Made by a program: the position numbers and the translations under genes
The notes under the pieces: generated by a model
The model's input: the letters and a program-made list of their open reading frames with translations, nothing else
Databases searched by the model: none
Told to the model about the DNA's origin: nothing
Source of the DNA: Sedimentisphaeraceae bacterium JB056
GTDB lineage: Bacteria > Planctomycetota > Phycisphaerae > Sedimentisphaerales > Sedimentisphaeraceae
Assembly: GCA_044440125.1 (NCBI GenBank)
Contig: JBITAJ010000012.1
Location: forward strand, 160,001-224,000
DNA: 64,000 bases
Reading direction: 5' to 3'
Part shown: positions 10,101 through 20,237 of the stretch, in pieces
Layout of the letters: each line of letters starts with the position of its first letter
Position numbering within the stretch: position 1 is the first letter of the stretch

Positions 10101-10919
10101 GGTGAATATGAATTTTATACGAGGAAGCTTGGTCGTGTGAGCGTGCCCGTTGAGGTTGATGGACACAATCCGATTTATATTTTTGATACCGATAAAGGCG
10201 GGCTTGTAAAATATACTTATGTCTGTCAGGATTTTGTGATGGGTAGCTTTCTGCAGAAAAAATTGAATCATGATACAGATTGGGCCTGGATAAGCGATCA
10301 GAATCGCTGGAGCGGGGTTGTGTTTAAGGGAGGTAAAGATGCGGCGGTTATTCCTTCATGTGATGCGATGAGAAGTAATAACCGTACTAATTACAATCAG
10401 TATATTGGTGTGCAGAAAAATGGTGCAATGTTGGTTCGCAAGATATTTGAAGGTTCTGTTGCTGTAGGTGATATGCGTGTCTATTTTGGAAACGATATGA
10501 ATGCGAGGCTGTTTAATGATACGTTTGTCGCAGCATCATGTGAGAATGGTTATGTCTTTGCAAAACCAGCATGGGGAAAGCTCGAGATGGTTGATGATAA
10601 CTGGTATCGGATGAGTGACTCCAAGTCGCCGCTGATTATAGAGGCTACAGGTAAAGAGGGTTCGATGGAAGAGTTTGTCAGAAAAGCTGCCGCTTCTAAT
10701 GTTGTTGTTGATAAGGATAAAACAAAAGCTGTGTACAAAACTTTTGATGGACACAAACTTTGTCTTTATTTTGATGATAAGCTTTCGGAAATCGATGATA
10801 AGCCAATTGAATTATACCCTGACTTTACATACAAAAGCCCTTATCTAAATTCAAAATGGGGCGATGGGAAAATAGTTATTCAAAAAGGTGAAAGAAAAAA
10901 GATATTAGATTTCAATTAA
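7188..10919 (+). CDS. Secreted tandem fusion of two SENH-family domains (paralogs 3a and 3b)
   Basis: Two full motif sets: ESENHH/EMADEGY/GVRGGGKSR and GSENHD/EDGAHSY/GLRGSAKSR; junction LVLDF-VDTTG-ALNDEKI near 9135-9150. Confidence 0.85.
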   Translation: MCIKLVLGMLLFSAGWVYSFTAQELIEIRDGFNARRDAAMEQMRGEPLVIAKKLPPLSPGRGPYTRSFAWSITDFAMKSLWLNDQVDTANEALKTYSEYYISDKIGRNDRDSFYWASDCICRIVEFYGRNGSIAPGRLTADTEDAILDMMWQYARENSKVDSLDEVYDVYAKWDWGKMGDVPLPASANVERSKTWDVIESENHHMMKLSTLWHFSKLLSKSTKYQKLKYDDGFVADEHYAAWTEYAKEYCIQRAKKGLFVEMADEGYNAQTLKFLYNYYDFADDKDLSKVAGNLLTLYYASWAQEQIDGVRGGGKSRMYGKKDHRGTGRIGEYMWFYASMGEQPKVSAEFFTVITSSYRLPLIVIDLVLDVQGRGDYELWERPLGLARDGFYTNPHYKLRTDYGGIVRYSYCTPDFIMGLPMVEARPFEDWVLISSQSRWQGVIFEGDQLARIYPQCKPDDGSVSFNQQWGVQKKGTMITQRLSESMAKGAGAMRVWFGSDGLSEPVENDGWAFSQSKGAYAAVRPARGGYSWQPSDVLPIKGRWMTLADTFSPVIIEVAQRSDFADYNAFQTAVKALPLLWKGEQLNFTGLGGHTFTFYADYSHSPKIDGKQVDYAPENVFKSPFINSKWDSGIVTITKEGRELVLDFVDTTGALNDEKIKALKDGFDARSKSVLESQVASPYPGIDTFVWNKQDFALSALMLNTRLDDANRAVIEACDYILENEKCPVECSLHWNINLFFRIYEYFNAESSHYPGRLSSEAEKKIIDVMWFWLESNSKISDADIANYKTWRIWGSENHDGMKNTSNWSAAKVLSRLPQYRDKKCKDGKSVEKHYAVWTDYFKEYLRERAIRGGLIEDGAHSYSKYTLQGWYNFYDFADDPVLQKRAEYSLDLWWTCWALEQIEGLRGSAKSRTYHDALQPFRDNAYGMCWFYFGIGTPRSKHPGIMCLAASEYKPADIIYDIALDIDGRGEYEFYTRKLGRVSVPVEVDGHNPIYIFDTDKGGLVKYTYVCQDFVMGSFLQKKLNHDTDWAWISDQNRWSGVVFKGGKDAAVIPSCDAMRSNNRTNYNQYIGVQKNGAMLVRKIFEGSVAVGDMRVYFGNDMNARLFNDTFVAASCENGYVFAKPAWGKLEMVDDNWYRMSDSKSPLIIEATGKEGSMEEFVRKAAASNVVVDKDKTKAVYKTFDGHKLCLYFDDKLSEIDDKPIELYPDFTYKSPYLNSKWGDGKIVIQKGERKKILDFN

Positions 10920-10936
10920 TGTGATTGTTGAATATT

Positions 10937-12670
10937 ATGCAAAGACGTAATTTTATAAAATTGATGGCCGGTACTGCTTTTTTAGGAGCGGGCGGATGCA
11001 GCATGAATCTTGGCAGAGAAGATGGGGCCGTTCGTAACAGACCGAATGTGATCTTGTTTTTGACTGACGATCAGGGCTACAGTGATGTTGGTTTCAATGG
11101 CAACAAGATTGTGAAGACACCGAACATCGATAAGTTCGCTTCGCAAGGAACTGTATTTGATCGTTGTTATGTATGCCCTGTTTGTTCACCGACTCGCGCG
11201 AGTCTTATGACCGGCCGTTATCATTTCAGGACCGGTGTCCTCGATACGCAGGGGGGCGTCTCAATGCTCAAGCCAGGTGAGGTTACCATTGCCGAAGCCT
11301 TGAAAAGTGCGGGTTACAAAACCGGCATGTTCGGCAAATGGCACCTGGGGGATAACTGTCCTACACGTCCGATAGATCAGGGATTCGATCATTCGCTTAC
11401 TCATGTTGGCGGAATGATCGGCGCTCCTTACAACCCGCTTGATGCCAACAGTTATTTCGAACCCGTCTTGCTTGAAGATGGCATCGAAAAGAAATTCAGT
11501 GGTTACTGTTGTGATATTTTTGCCGATGCGGCGATAGATTTTATTGATGCAAATAAAAATGACCCTTTCTTTATTTATCTTGCACCAAATACGCCGCACC
11601 ATCCATTGACGGTTCCGGAAAAATATGCTGAGCCTTACAAAAAAGCAGGGCTCAGTGAGGAAACCTCTCGTTTTTACGGCATGATTACCAATATTGATGA
11701 TAATTTCAAAAAGCTGACTGATAAGCTTAAGTCGTTGAATATTCTTGATAACACCGTGATAATCTTTCTTGGTGACAACGGTACTTCGAGTCTGCATAAG
11801 CAGGATGATCTCTGGGAATGCGGTCTGCGTGGCCGTAAGACATACGTGTATGAAAACGGTATTCGCGTGCCTATGTTTATTTGTATGTCAAATAATATGA
11901 AAGCAGGGCTGAGGGTAAATGATATTTGTGACGGCATAGATATCATGCCTACGATACTCGACCTTTGCGATGTTCAGAAGCCGGCAAAAGTGAATTTTGA
12001 CGGCATAACCCTTGCCCCATTTATAAGAGACGACAAGGCTAAGCTGCCTGATCGAAATGTTTATATTCAGTGGCACAGGGGGGCTAAGCCTGACAAATAC
12101 CGTAACTTCGCGGTCATAACAGATAAGTATAAGCTTGTTCAAAGCGGGGGACGAGCCGGTCTTGATTTTGATGCTTCAGAGATAAAATACGAACTTTATG
12201 ATATTAAGGAAGATCCTTTCGAGAAAAATGACATCTCGGACGAGCACCCACATATTGTTGCCCGGCTAAAGAGTGATTACGATAGATGGTATGAAAGTGT
12301 GGTTGCCGCAAGCAATTTTACTCCGACAAGAATTTTTATTGGCAGTGAATGTGAAAATCCCGTAATGCTTACCCGTCAGGACTGGCAGGGCGGCGGGCTC
12401 TTTGACGGCGATTACGGCTTTTACGACCTTGATATTAAAACTTCCGGAGATTATCGGATAACCTGCCGACTTACCGATATGCTTCACGAAACGCATACTG
12501 TAACATTGAAAATAGACGATCAGGTATATAAGAAAGATATCCTATATGCTGAATCCCAGTGCCGTTTTGATAGTATTGAGTTGCAAGAGGGCCCGGCGAG
12601 TCTTGAAGCCTGGGTTGATATGGATGGCAAAAAGTATGGTTTCAGGTTTATAACTATAGAGAAACTTTAA
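10937..12670 (+). CDS. Formylglycine-dependent (S1) sulfatase, Tat-exported, probable lipoprotein
   Basis: RRNFIK Tat motif, AGGC lipobox-like, PNVILFLTDDQG, CSPTRASLMTG, GKWHLG, GDNG, YENGIRVP. Confidence 0.93.
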   Translation: MQRRNFIKLMAGTAFLGAGGCSMNLGREDGAVRNRPNVILFLTDDQGYSDVGFNGNKIVKTPNIDKFASQGTVFDRCYVCPVCSPTRASLMTGRYHFRTGVLDTQGGVSMLKPGEVTIAEALKSAGYKTGMFGKWHLGDNCPTRPIDQGFDHSLTHVGGMIGAPYNPLDANSYFEPVLLEDGIEKKFSGYCCDIFADAAIDFIDANKNDPFFIYLAPNTPHHPLTVPEKYAEPYKKAGLSEETSRFYGMITNIDDNFKKLTDKLKSLNILDNTVIIFLGDNGTSSLHKQDDLWECGLRGRKTYVYENGIRVPMFICMSNNMKAGLRVNDICDGIDIMPTILDLCDVQKPAKVNFDGITLAPFIRDDKAKLPDRNVYIQWHRGAKPDKYRNFAVITDKYKLVQSGGRAGLDFDASEIKYELYDIKEDPFEKNDISDEHPHIVARLKSDYDRWYESVVAASNFTPTRIFIGSECENPVMLTRQDWQGGGLFDGDYGFYDLDIKTSGDYRITCRLTDMLHETHTVTLKIDDQVYKKDILYAESQCRFDSIELQEGPASLEAWVDMDGKKYGFRFITIEKL

Positions 12671-12736
12671 GTTATGAAAAAGGGATATACGGAAAATTGA
12701 TTTAACGGAATTTGAAAAAAATTGCAGAGGAAGTTT

Positions 12737-14632
12737 ATGAAACTATATTTATCAAATATTTCAACCGCATTAGCGTTGGTTTTCGTTTTATCACTGAATG
12801 TATCGGCAGTTGAGAAAAAAAGACTTGATCAATACGAGGCGGTTGTCTTTTCGGGATATTATAAAACCGCGGAACAATTCGAGGCTTTTGCCGTGGAGGC
12901 AAAGGAATTGGGTGCCACTCATGTGATTATCAGTTCCGGTTTGCCATTGGGAATGTGGAAGTATGATACCCCGGGTGATCCATACCCGGCGTGGCTGGAG
13001 CACCAGGTAGGGCTTTTAGAAATATTTCCACCGCAGGCGATTCGTGAGCATATTCCCCAATCACGGACACAGGCTCTCCAGTGCGAGTTAAAAAGTCGCA
13101 GTGAGATACTTCGTCGTCTTGGGCTGCGAGCGATGTTCGGCAACAATGAGCCCCAAGTCGTGCCGGAGGGCATTTTCGAGGATCATCCGTTATGGCGAGG
13201 CCCTCGGGTTGACCATACACTTCGTTCACGGGTGCCTCGTTTTGCGATGAACGTAGATAACCCGGATGTTCTTGCCTTGTATAGAGAGGCGGCGGAAAAA
13301 CTTATTGCCAACTATCCTGAAATCGATCTTTACAGGTTAGTTACTACTGATGCCGGTTCCGGGTTTGACTGGAGTCCGGGGTTGTATCCCGGCATTAACG
13401 GCAACACCCTGTATAAGGATCGTCCAATGTTCGATCGAGTCAACGGCTTTTTACAGGCATTGCGGTCGGGTGCCCGTGCAAGCGGAGGCAGCCTGGATAT
13501 CAATGTTGTTCCCATTAAGCCATATTCATGGATGATACCAAGCTTTGAGAATTACTCGCAGTATGCCTTGCGTTTCGATGAAGGGCTGGCGATGGCAAAT
13601 CTTGAAGGCTCTGATGCTTCGCCGTTCATGTCAAATGCTGGGATTTCGTGGAATTGGAATTTCTTTTTCCCTGTGGCAGGTTTAGAGCAGCCCGTATCTG
13701 TGTTGCGTCAATTGGTCTCCGCCGCTGACAGCCTGGCACCGCGGCTGATGATGACGCTCGACCCCTGGACCGGAGATTTGTATCCGACGCTTTTTGAGCG
13801 TTTCTGGAAGGAGCCTGCAAAGAACGAAATTGAACAATTGGAGTTGCTGCGTGAAATAGCTGCCCGGCGTGTTGGCGATAAACACGCCGACAATCTGTTA
13901 AAAGTGTGGCTGGCAACCGACGATGCTCTCAAAAGCGCGAGCGTCTTGAAGATTCACATGCCGCTGATGACCGGAGGCGTGCACCAGCGTTGGCTGATAA
14001 GGCCTCTGGTGCCTATGCCTGAGCTTTTAACACCTCAGGAAACGCGATATTACGACCAGTATGTTTTTCAGGCATTGGATGAGGGCCATGCCGCAAATTA
14101 CGCTGATCTGCAGGCTACGCAGGTTTATGGCGGCTGGGAAGGTAAGTTTTTCGTTGAGCAGATCACTTTCAATGTTAATAATGATCTAAATCGTGCCCGC
14201 AAATATCTGGCTCCGATCATTGAAGATCTTTCAGGGCCGATGAAAAAGAACTACCAATTGCTGGATCTTCGTCTGCAAGCGGCTAACTGCATTGTTAATA
14301 ACGTGCGGCATTTCGCAAGCTACCAGGGACAATTGGATCGCGTTAAAGATTTGCAGATAAAACCCCAGTACCATCCGGTACTGGGCACACAAAGCAATTG
14401 GGATAGAACTCTCATTATGAACACGGCACGCGAGGAGCTTGACAATACCGCTCTTTTGATCGACATTCTGCAACGAACCTCAGAGACGGTCATTATTACT
14501 GCTGAAACACCTGAAGAAGAACGTATTCGGATGTTAGGCCCTGAATTGATCTGGCAACTGCAAAAAAAGTTAAAGATCATGAATTCGCACTGGAATGATT
14601 ACGATCGCATCTTCACCCGACCCAATCCATAG
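12737..14632 (+). CDS. Unknown-family protein (ELGATH/PNP family), exported copy
   Basis: ATG after GAGGA; signal peptide; colinear paralog of 22110..23924 (ELGATH, GDPYxAW, NEPQV, RGPRVD, TTDxGSGF, C-terminal PNP). Confidence 0.8.
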   Translation: MKLYLSNISTALALVFVLSLNVSAVEKKRLDQYEAVVFSGYYKTAEQFEAFAVEAKELGATHVIISSGLPLGMWKYDTPGDPYPAWLEHQVGLLEIFPPQAIREHIPQSRTQALQCELKSRSEILRRLGLRAMFGNNEPQVVPEGIFEDHPLWRGPRVDHTLRSRVPRFAMNVDNPDVLALYREAAEKLIANYPEIDLYRLVTTDAGSGFDWSPGLYPGINGNTLYKDRPMFDRVNGFLQALRSGARASGGSLDINVVPIKPYSWMIPSFENYSQYALRFDEGLAMANLEGSDASPFMSNAGISWNWNFFFPVAGLEQPVSVLRQLVSAADSLAPRLMMTLDPWTGDLYPTLFERFWKEPAKNEIEQLELLREIAARRVGDKHADNLLKVWLATDDALKSASVLKIHMPLMTGGVHQRWLIRPLVPMPELLTPQETRYYDQYVFQALDEGHAANYADLQATQVYGGWEGKFFVEQITFNVNNDLNRARKYLAPIIEDLSGPMKKNYQLLDLRLQAANCIVNNVRHFASYQGQLDRVKDLQIKPQYHPVLGTQSNWDRTLIMNTAREELDNTALLIDILQRTSETVIITAETPEEERIRMLGPELIWQLQKKLKIMNSHWNDYDRIFTRPNP

Positions 14633-14701
14633 GGTTTGATTTGCTCCATCAATAAAAGTGGAAGATTTGATAAGAAAATGAGTTTAGAAAGGTTTTTGAG
14701 T

Positions 14702-14809
14702 AGATTTGACCAGATAGCATTTCCAACGGGAGAGACAAAGCTTGAGTCTTGGGTGGATATGGGCAGAAATAGATATTGTCTCAGGTTTATTGAAATAGAA
14801 AAATTATAG
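14702..14809 (+). pseudogene. Relic of the 3' end of a second sulfatase gene
   Basis: RFDQIAFPTGETKLESWVDMGRNRYCLRFIEIEKL* aligns without gaps, 19/35 identical, to the last 35 aa of the sulfatase (12563..12670). Confidence 0.85.
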
Positions 14810-14825
14810 TTATAAGGATTATATA

Positions 14826-17483
14826 ATGAAGAGAGCGTTAATGATTTTGATGATAGGATTATGTTTTGTTGTTACATGTTTGAATGCGGCAGAAGTTAAA
14901 TATCTGGATTGTTATGAAGAAGAGGCTCGTCTTTTTGGTGTCGCTGATTTGCAGAATAATATAGATATCGATCTGGAAAAGCGGCTTCAGGCGCCTTATT
15001 ATTTTGTCGCCGGGCATAAGAGTTATAAAACACCTGGTTTCGAATATGATTATTGCGATAAGCAAAATGGTGATTTCAGTGTAACCTTTAATCCGGCGGA
15101 ATCTTCGAATTCACCCAGATTTGGCTTTATGACAAATCTTTGGGGACATTACTATCCGCTTGATGAGAATTTCAGCCTGAAGTTTTATTTGAAAACCGAG
15201 AATATTACGGATGCTCAGAATAGCTGGAAGGTTCGATTTGTTGATGCCGATGATAATACTGCGGTATCTGTTTTGAATGATACTGACACTAAAGGACAGT
15301 GGAAAGAATTCATATTGCCTCTCAATGAATTGGAAAAAGAAGGGTCTTTTGATTTTAAAGCGATAAAGTTATGCGAGTTTGAGACAGCAGAGTTTCCGAA
15401 GAATGCTTTATTGAAATTTGATTTTGTGCATTTTGCAGATAACAAGGGTGTTGTTATCGGTATTACCGACAAGACCATCGACCAGCGAATATTTGAGCAG
15501 AAGGCTACAAAGGACATTCGTATACAAAAGGCTTTCGCTGTATCGGCAAAGAAAGCTCATCAACCGGTAATAAGTGCTTTTGCGATGCTTTATCTGGGTG
15601 AGAATCTGGAGAAGGCTAATCAAATTCTGCGTGAAGATTGTTTGGGAGAGGGACAAGGTAATCCATGGGATTTATTACGTACCCCACTCTATTGCAGGTC
15701 GTATTTGCTGTTTTCGAGTCGTTGCGGTAAATTCTCCGGCCGTCTTGAGAAAGAAACCGAGAAGGTGCTTCTGGATACAATCTGGAATCGTACAAAAATC
15801 AAGAACGATATTTATTGGGCGCGTCAAAGTACATGGTATCTTGACGGCAGTGAAAATCATGACCTGAATGCAAAAGCATCTAACCTTGTTTCTTCCTTTA
15901 TCTTTATGAACGAGCCGGAGTATAAGGATCGTGTCTATCCCGATTACGGTTTTGGCGGCGGCTATCATTACGGCCATGCCGGATATTACGGCAAGGGAGT
16001 CGATATTGAATCACGACACGGCGGCGGCAGGGCAAACCTTTCAGATGGAAAAGAATATACGGCCAAAGACCATTACAAGGCGTGGCTTGGCTTTATGAAG
16101 GAATATTTCCGTGAGCGTGCTAAGTATGGATTCTTTGTGGAAAATTCCTCATGTATTTACAGCAAGCATACAATGAATATGATTGATCTGGTTTATGCAT
16201 ATTCGGGTGATGATGAGTTGAGAAGCATTGTTGATGATTTTATGACACTCTATTGGGCGGATTGGGTTCAGACCGGTATTGCCGGCATATCGGGTGGTCC
16301 AAAGACAAGGCATCACAAAAGTGTTGGCAGTTATGGGGCTAATAAGGGGATGGTCGGTTTTTATCTTGGCGGACCGGCTGATGGCGGCATATGGGGCTAT
16401 TGGAATAATATCAACGGTTATGAAATGCCCGAAGTGGTTCAGATGATGGCACTCGATAGAGAGGGTATGGGGAGATTTGTTTACCGCAGCCGGGGGATTG
16501 GCGAAGCGCAGCCAAATCAGCCGCGACCTATGGGTACAGAGCGAACACTTGTGATTAAGCCGGAATCGAAATTTCTTAAATATTCTTATGTAACACCTCT
16601 ATATACTTTGTCAACACAAATGGATCATCCGTGGGCTGTTCATTCTCATTTGAGTAAGGCGGCTCGCTGGCATGGAATGACTGTAACCGAGGATGCAAAT
16701 GCCAGAGTCGTACCTGTTGTATTACCGATTGAACCTGATTTTAATGGTAAAACAAAACTTTACGGCATGGACGGAATGTATAAAACTGTGCAGGATAAGA
16801 ATACTCTTATAGTTCAGAGAAGCCGGTCGTTTTCGGAGGTTAATCCCGATTGGTATCCGCTTTATAAGCAGCGTACAGATCAGGGTATTTATGTAGGCAG
16901 TGCATGGGATGAAAAAGAAGAAAATGGCGGCTGGATATTCCTGCGAAAGGGAGATGTGTATGCTGCAGTACGGGTTGTGCTTCGTGATGCGGATTATGAA
17001 GAAAAGAAAAAGCTTAAAACCACCGGTACTCAGGTAACTTTCCATCACCCTGAAGATGATGCAAAGGTGAAGCTCTCTGATAAGGCTTACAGTTGGAGTG
17101 ATAATCAGGAGATTATTGTACTCAATGATCGTTATTCTCCGGTTATTATTCAGGCTGGGGACCAGGATCACTATGGAAGTTTTGAAACATTTATGACAGA
17201 TATTCAAAATGCTCCTATCGCGTTGTATAAAACTGTTGTGCCGACATTCAATATCCTTGCATTCACTTCACCGGAAGAAGGTGCTCCGGAGATGGTATTC
17301 AATGCGGCAAACAATGAAATACCTATGCTTGACGGTGAGTATATCAGCTATGAGCTGCCCAAGACTTTTGACAGCCCATATATTCAGTCAGAGTTTAGGA
17401 GCGGGAAGATTGATATTGAATATGACGGTGAAAAACTTAATCTTGATTTTTCTGACGGTCCGTGGTGGGCTTTCTGGAAATGA
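14826..17483 (+). CDS. Secreted SENH-family paralog 4 (subfamily B) with N-terminal CBM-like domain
   Basis: Signal peptide; DGSENHD, ENSSCIY, GISGGPKTR, QMDHPWAVHSHLS. Confidence 0.85.
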   Translation: MKRALMILMIGLCFVVTCLNAAEVKYLDCYEEEARLFGVADLQNNIDIDLEKRLQAPYYFVAGHKSYKTPGFEYDYCDKQNGDFSVTFNPAESSNSPRFGFMTNLWGHYYPLDENFSLKFYLKTENITDAQNSWKVRFVDADDNTAVSVLNDTDTKGQWKEFILPLNELEKEGSFDFKAIKLCEFETAEFPKNALLKFDFVHFADNKGVVIGITDKTIDQRIFEQKATKDIRIQKAFAVSAKKAHQPVISAFAMLYLGENLEKANQILREDCLGEGQGNPWDLLRTPLYCRSYLLFSSRCGKFSGRLEKETEKVLLDTIWNRTKIKNDIYWARQSTWYLDGSENHDLNAKASNLVSSFIFMNEPEYKDRVYPDYGFGGGYHYGHAGYYGKGVDIESRHGGGRANLSDGKEYTAKDHYKAWLGFMKEYFRERAKYGFFVENSSCIYSKHTMNMIDLVYAYSGDDELRSIVDDFMTLYWADWVQTGIAGISGGPKTRHHKSVGSYGANKGMVGFYLGGPADGGIWGYWNNINGYEMPEVVQMMALDREGMGRFVYRSRGIGEAQPNQPRPMGTERTLVIKPESKFLKYSYVTPLYTLSTQMDHPWAVHSHLSKAARWHGMTVTEDANARVVPVVLPIEPDFNGKTKLYGMDGMYKTVQDKNTLIVQRSRSFSEVNPDWYPLYKQRTDQGIYVGSAWDEKEENGGWIFLRKGDVYAAVRVVLRDADYEEKKKLKTTGTQVTFHHPEDDAKVKLSDKAYSWSDNQEIIVLNDRYSPVIIQAGDQDHYGSFETFMTDIQNAPIALYKTVVPTFNILAFTSPEEGAPEMVFNAANNEIPMLDGEYISYELPKTFDSPYIQSEFRSGKIDIEYDGEKLNLDFSDGPWWAFWK

Positions 17484-17530
17484 AAATATTAAATAAGTTA
17501 ATTGGAATTATATTTATTCGGAGTTATGGA

Positions 17531-20137
17531 ATGAAACTTACATCGATTATGATTTTATTGGCAATTTTGGTTATTACCCAATTGGGATTTTCTGCAGAGC
17601 GTGTAGACTTTTGGGCAGAGGAATTGGCAATGTTCGGCTCTGCGCCGCAAGGTCAGCTTATTACCTCAAAACTTGGGGGCAATATTATCGATAAGAAAGC
17701 CAATAAAGCGATTGCCATAGACACTACTGATAAACGCAATGGTGATTTCAGTATGTGTTTCAATGCTTTCATGGCTGCCGGTCATAATCAGGTTGGTTTT
17801 TATTGCGGAAAATATCAGGATAATTGGCCAATCAACAACAGTTGGTCGCTCCATCTGTTCCTTAAGGCAGAAATGAAGAAGACAGAATTTAATCCTTTTC
17901 TGGTTTTGATAGATTCGACAGGTAGAAAGGCGAGATTGATACTTAATGACTTTGCAGCAGATGGAAAGTGGCATGAGCTTACTGTTGCTTTCAGAGACTT
18001 TATAGGCGAAAGAGGTTTTGACTCATCAAAGATCAAGATGATTGTTTTACAGGATGAGTTTACCAAAGATGTTAAAGTGTGGTTCGATGATGTTTATTTT
18101 GTTAGTTCGGCGGGTGAAATTCTTGGCGTAACAGATAAAAGCATTGAGCAGAGAATGTCTGAGGCCGAAGCTAATCGTCAGAAACGAATTCAGGAAGCTT
18201 ATGAGTATGGTGCTGTAAAGGGCGTGAAGATGTGGTACGTTCAGTTTTTTGCACAGCTTTATCTCGGTGAGAATCTTGACTCAATCAACAAGGAATTGCT
18301 GGAAGTACTTTCTTCAGAAGAACCGGAAGTCCGCAGAGCTTATGGACATGATAACTTTTGGGATTTGGCTGTCAATAACACATTGATCAAGATTTATTAT
18401 GCTTTTGGTGACAAGGGCATTGTTTTTCCCGGCAGATTGTATCCGAAAACTCAAAATGCACTTCTGGAGCTTCTTTGGTATCGTACTGCAGATAAGAATG
18501 ATATTGCCGTGGCTCGCCAGAGTACATGGTGGATGGCAGGCAGCGAGAATCATGATCTGAGTTTTAAGATGAGCTGTTATCTCACTTCTCAGATATTCAA
18601 GAACGAGCCGGAATTTGCCAATCGAATTTATCCCGACGCAGGGCATGGCGCAGGCAGCGGTTACTGGTTTCATAGAATTGACGGAAAGGCTTTTCATGGA
18701 TATGATGCAAGGGCCGACCTTGCAGACGGAAAAGAATATAATGCCCAAGACCACTACAATGAGTGGGTAAGATTCTTTATTGAATATTTCAGTGAACGTG
18801 CCAAACGCGGATTCTTTCTTGAGACACACTCGCCTACTTATATGAAATACACAGGATCTTTTATTTTCAGTATATATAATTTTTCGGAAGATAAAATCCT
18901 CAAGCAGCAGGCTCATAAGTTTCTTGATCTGATGATGGCAAACTGGGCACAGGATCAGTTCAATGGAGCCAGAGGCGGAGCAAAAACCCGCGTTAAGGCA
19001 AGTCATTATGCTACCAATGGTACAAGTGATTCTTTTTATGCGTTATCTGAATTTCTGCTTGGCGGCGATGGGAAAGGCATGGCAAGTGCGGCATTCAGCT
19101 TTGTTCCTTTAAGTGATTACAGGCTGCCTAAGGCAATTTGGAAGATGGCACTCGACCGTGAGTCGCTGGGCTGCTTTGCTTACATTTCACGCAAGCCCGG
19201 TGAAGAAGAAAATGTCTGGCCAAGGCCGCTTGGGCTGGAGCGTTCACTGATGTGTGATACCCATTCAAGACTTCTGCGATATAGTTGGATAACGCCGGAT
19301 TATATTATGGGTACCCAGATGGATCATCCCGGTGCGGTTCACAGTCATTTGTCCTGTCAGGCAAGATGGGAGGGTATAAGCTTCTCGACAAATCCGAATA
19401 TTAAGATATTCCCGCGTGGTATTGAAGAGCAGCCGGGTGGAAAATGGAAAATGACTACCCGTTTTTACAGAAGCGTTCAGGATAAGAGGGTTTTGATAAC
19501 TCAGCAGAACAGAAGCTGGTTTGTTATGCATCCAGATTGGTTCCCGGGTAAGAGTATGGACAGTGAGCCTTTTGGTGTGCATATTGGTAAAGGACATGAT
19601 AAGCTCATCGAAAAAGACGGCTGGATATTCATTCAGCAGGGCAATGCTTATGTCGCTATAAGAGTTATTCTTGATAAGAAGGTTGACCTGCAGAATGAGC
19701 AAGATGTTGAGTGGTATAAAAAAACTGAGGCTTTGGTTGCAGAGCTTGATGATGATTCTTATCACTGGAATAAAGATCATACAATAATTATGTTTACCGA
19801 CAGGTTCAGCCCCGTTATATTTGAGACCGCCCGCAAGGCTGATTATCCAACGCTCGAAGATTTCCAGGCTGACATTCTCGATAATCCGATCAAGCTTCAA
19901 AATACTGTAGTGCCGGAGTGGTACACTCTTACCTATACCGGCTGCGGCGACGGTGCAAAAGAGATATATTTCAATGCGGCCAATTCGGAAATACCTATGG
20001 TTGGCGGCGAGCGAATTGATTACTCATATCCAATGACATTTGACAGCCCGTATTTGAAATCGAAATACAACAGCGGAAAGGTCTTTATTAATTGCGGCGA
20101 TGATTCACTTGAACTTGATTTTAACTGTAAACCATAG
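17531..20137 (+). CDS. Secreted SENH-family paralog 5 (subfamily B) with N-terminal CBM-like domain
   Basis: Likely start MKLTSIMILL (in frame with ORF 17462); AGSENHD, ETHSPTY, GARGGAKTR, QMDHPGAVHSHLS. Confidence 0.85.
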   Translation: MKLTSIMILLAILVITQLGFSAERVDFWAEELAMFGSAPQGQLITSKLGGNIIDKKANKAIAIDTTDKRNGDFSMCFNAFMAAGHNQVGFYCGKYQDNWPINNSWSLHLFLKAEMKKTEFNPFLVLIDSTGRKARLILNDFAADGKWHELTVAFRDFIGERGFDSSKIKMIVLQDEFTKDVKVWFDDVYFVSSAGEILGVTDKSIEQRMSEAEANRQKRIQEAYEYGAVKGVKMWYVQFFAQLYLGENLDSINKELLEVLSSEEPEVRRAYGHDNFWDLAVNNTLIKIYYAFGDKGIVFPGRLYPKTQNALLELLWYRTADKNDIAVARQSTWWMAGSENHDLSFKMSCYLTSQIFKNEPEFANRIYPDAGHGAGSGYWFHRIDGKAFHGYDARADLADGKEYNAQDHYNEWVRFFIEYFSERAKRGFFLETHSPTYMKYTGSFIFSIYNFSEDKILKQQAHKFLDLMMANWAQDQFNGARGGAKTRVKASHYATNGTSDSFYALSEFLLGGDGKGMASAAFSFVPLSDYRLPKAIWKMALDRESLGCFAYISRKPGEEENVWPRPLGLERSLMCDTHSRLLRYSWITPDYIMGTQMDHPGAVHSHLSCQARWEGISFSTNPNIKIFPRGIEEQPGGKWKMTTRFYRSVQDKRVLITQQNRSWFVMHPDWFPGKSMDSEPFGVHIGKGHDKLIEKDGWIFIQQGNAYVAIRVILDKKVDLQNEQDVEWYKKTEALVAELDDDSYHWNKDHTIIMFTDRFSPVIFETARKADYPTLEDFQADILDNPIKLQNTVVPEWYTLTYTGCGDGAKEIYFNAANSEIPMVGGERIDYSYPMTFDSPYLKSKYNSGKVFINCGDDSLELDFNCKP

Positions 20138-20237
20138 CCTTGGAAGGATATATGTGATCAAAAAATCATAAGAAATTATTATAGTAAAAGAAAATCACGG
20201 TGAAATTGAATATGCTTTTATTAAGAGGTAAATAAAA

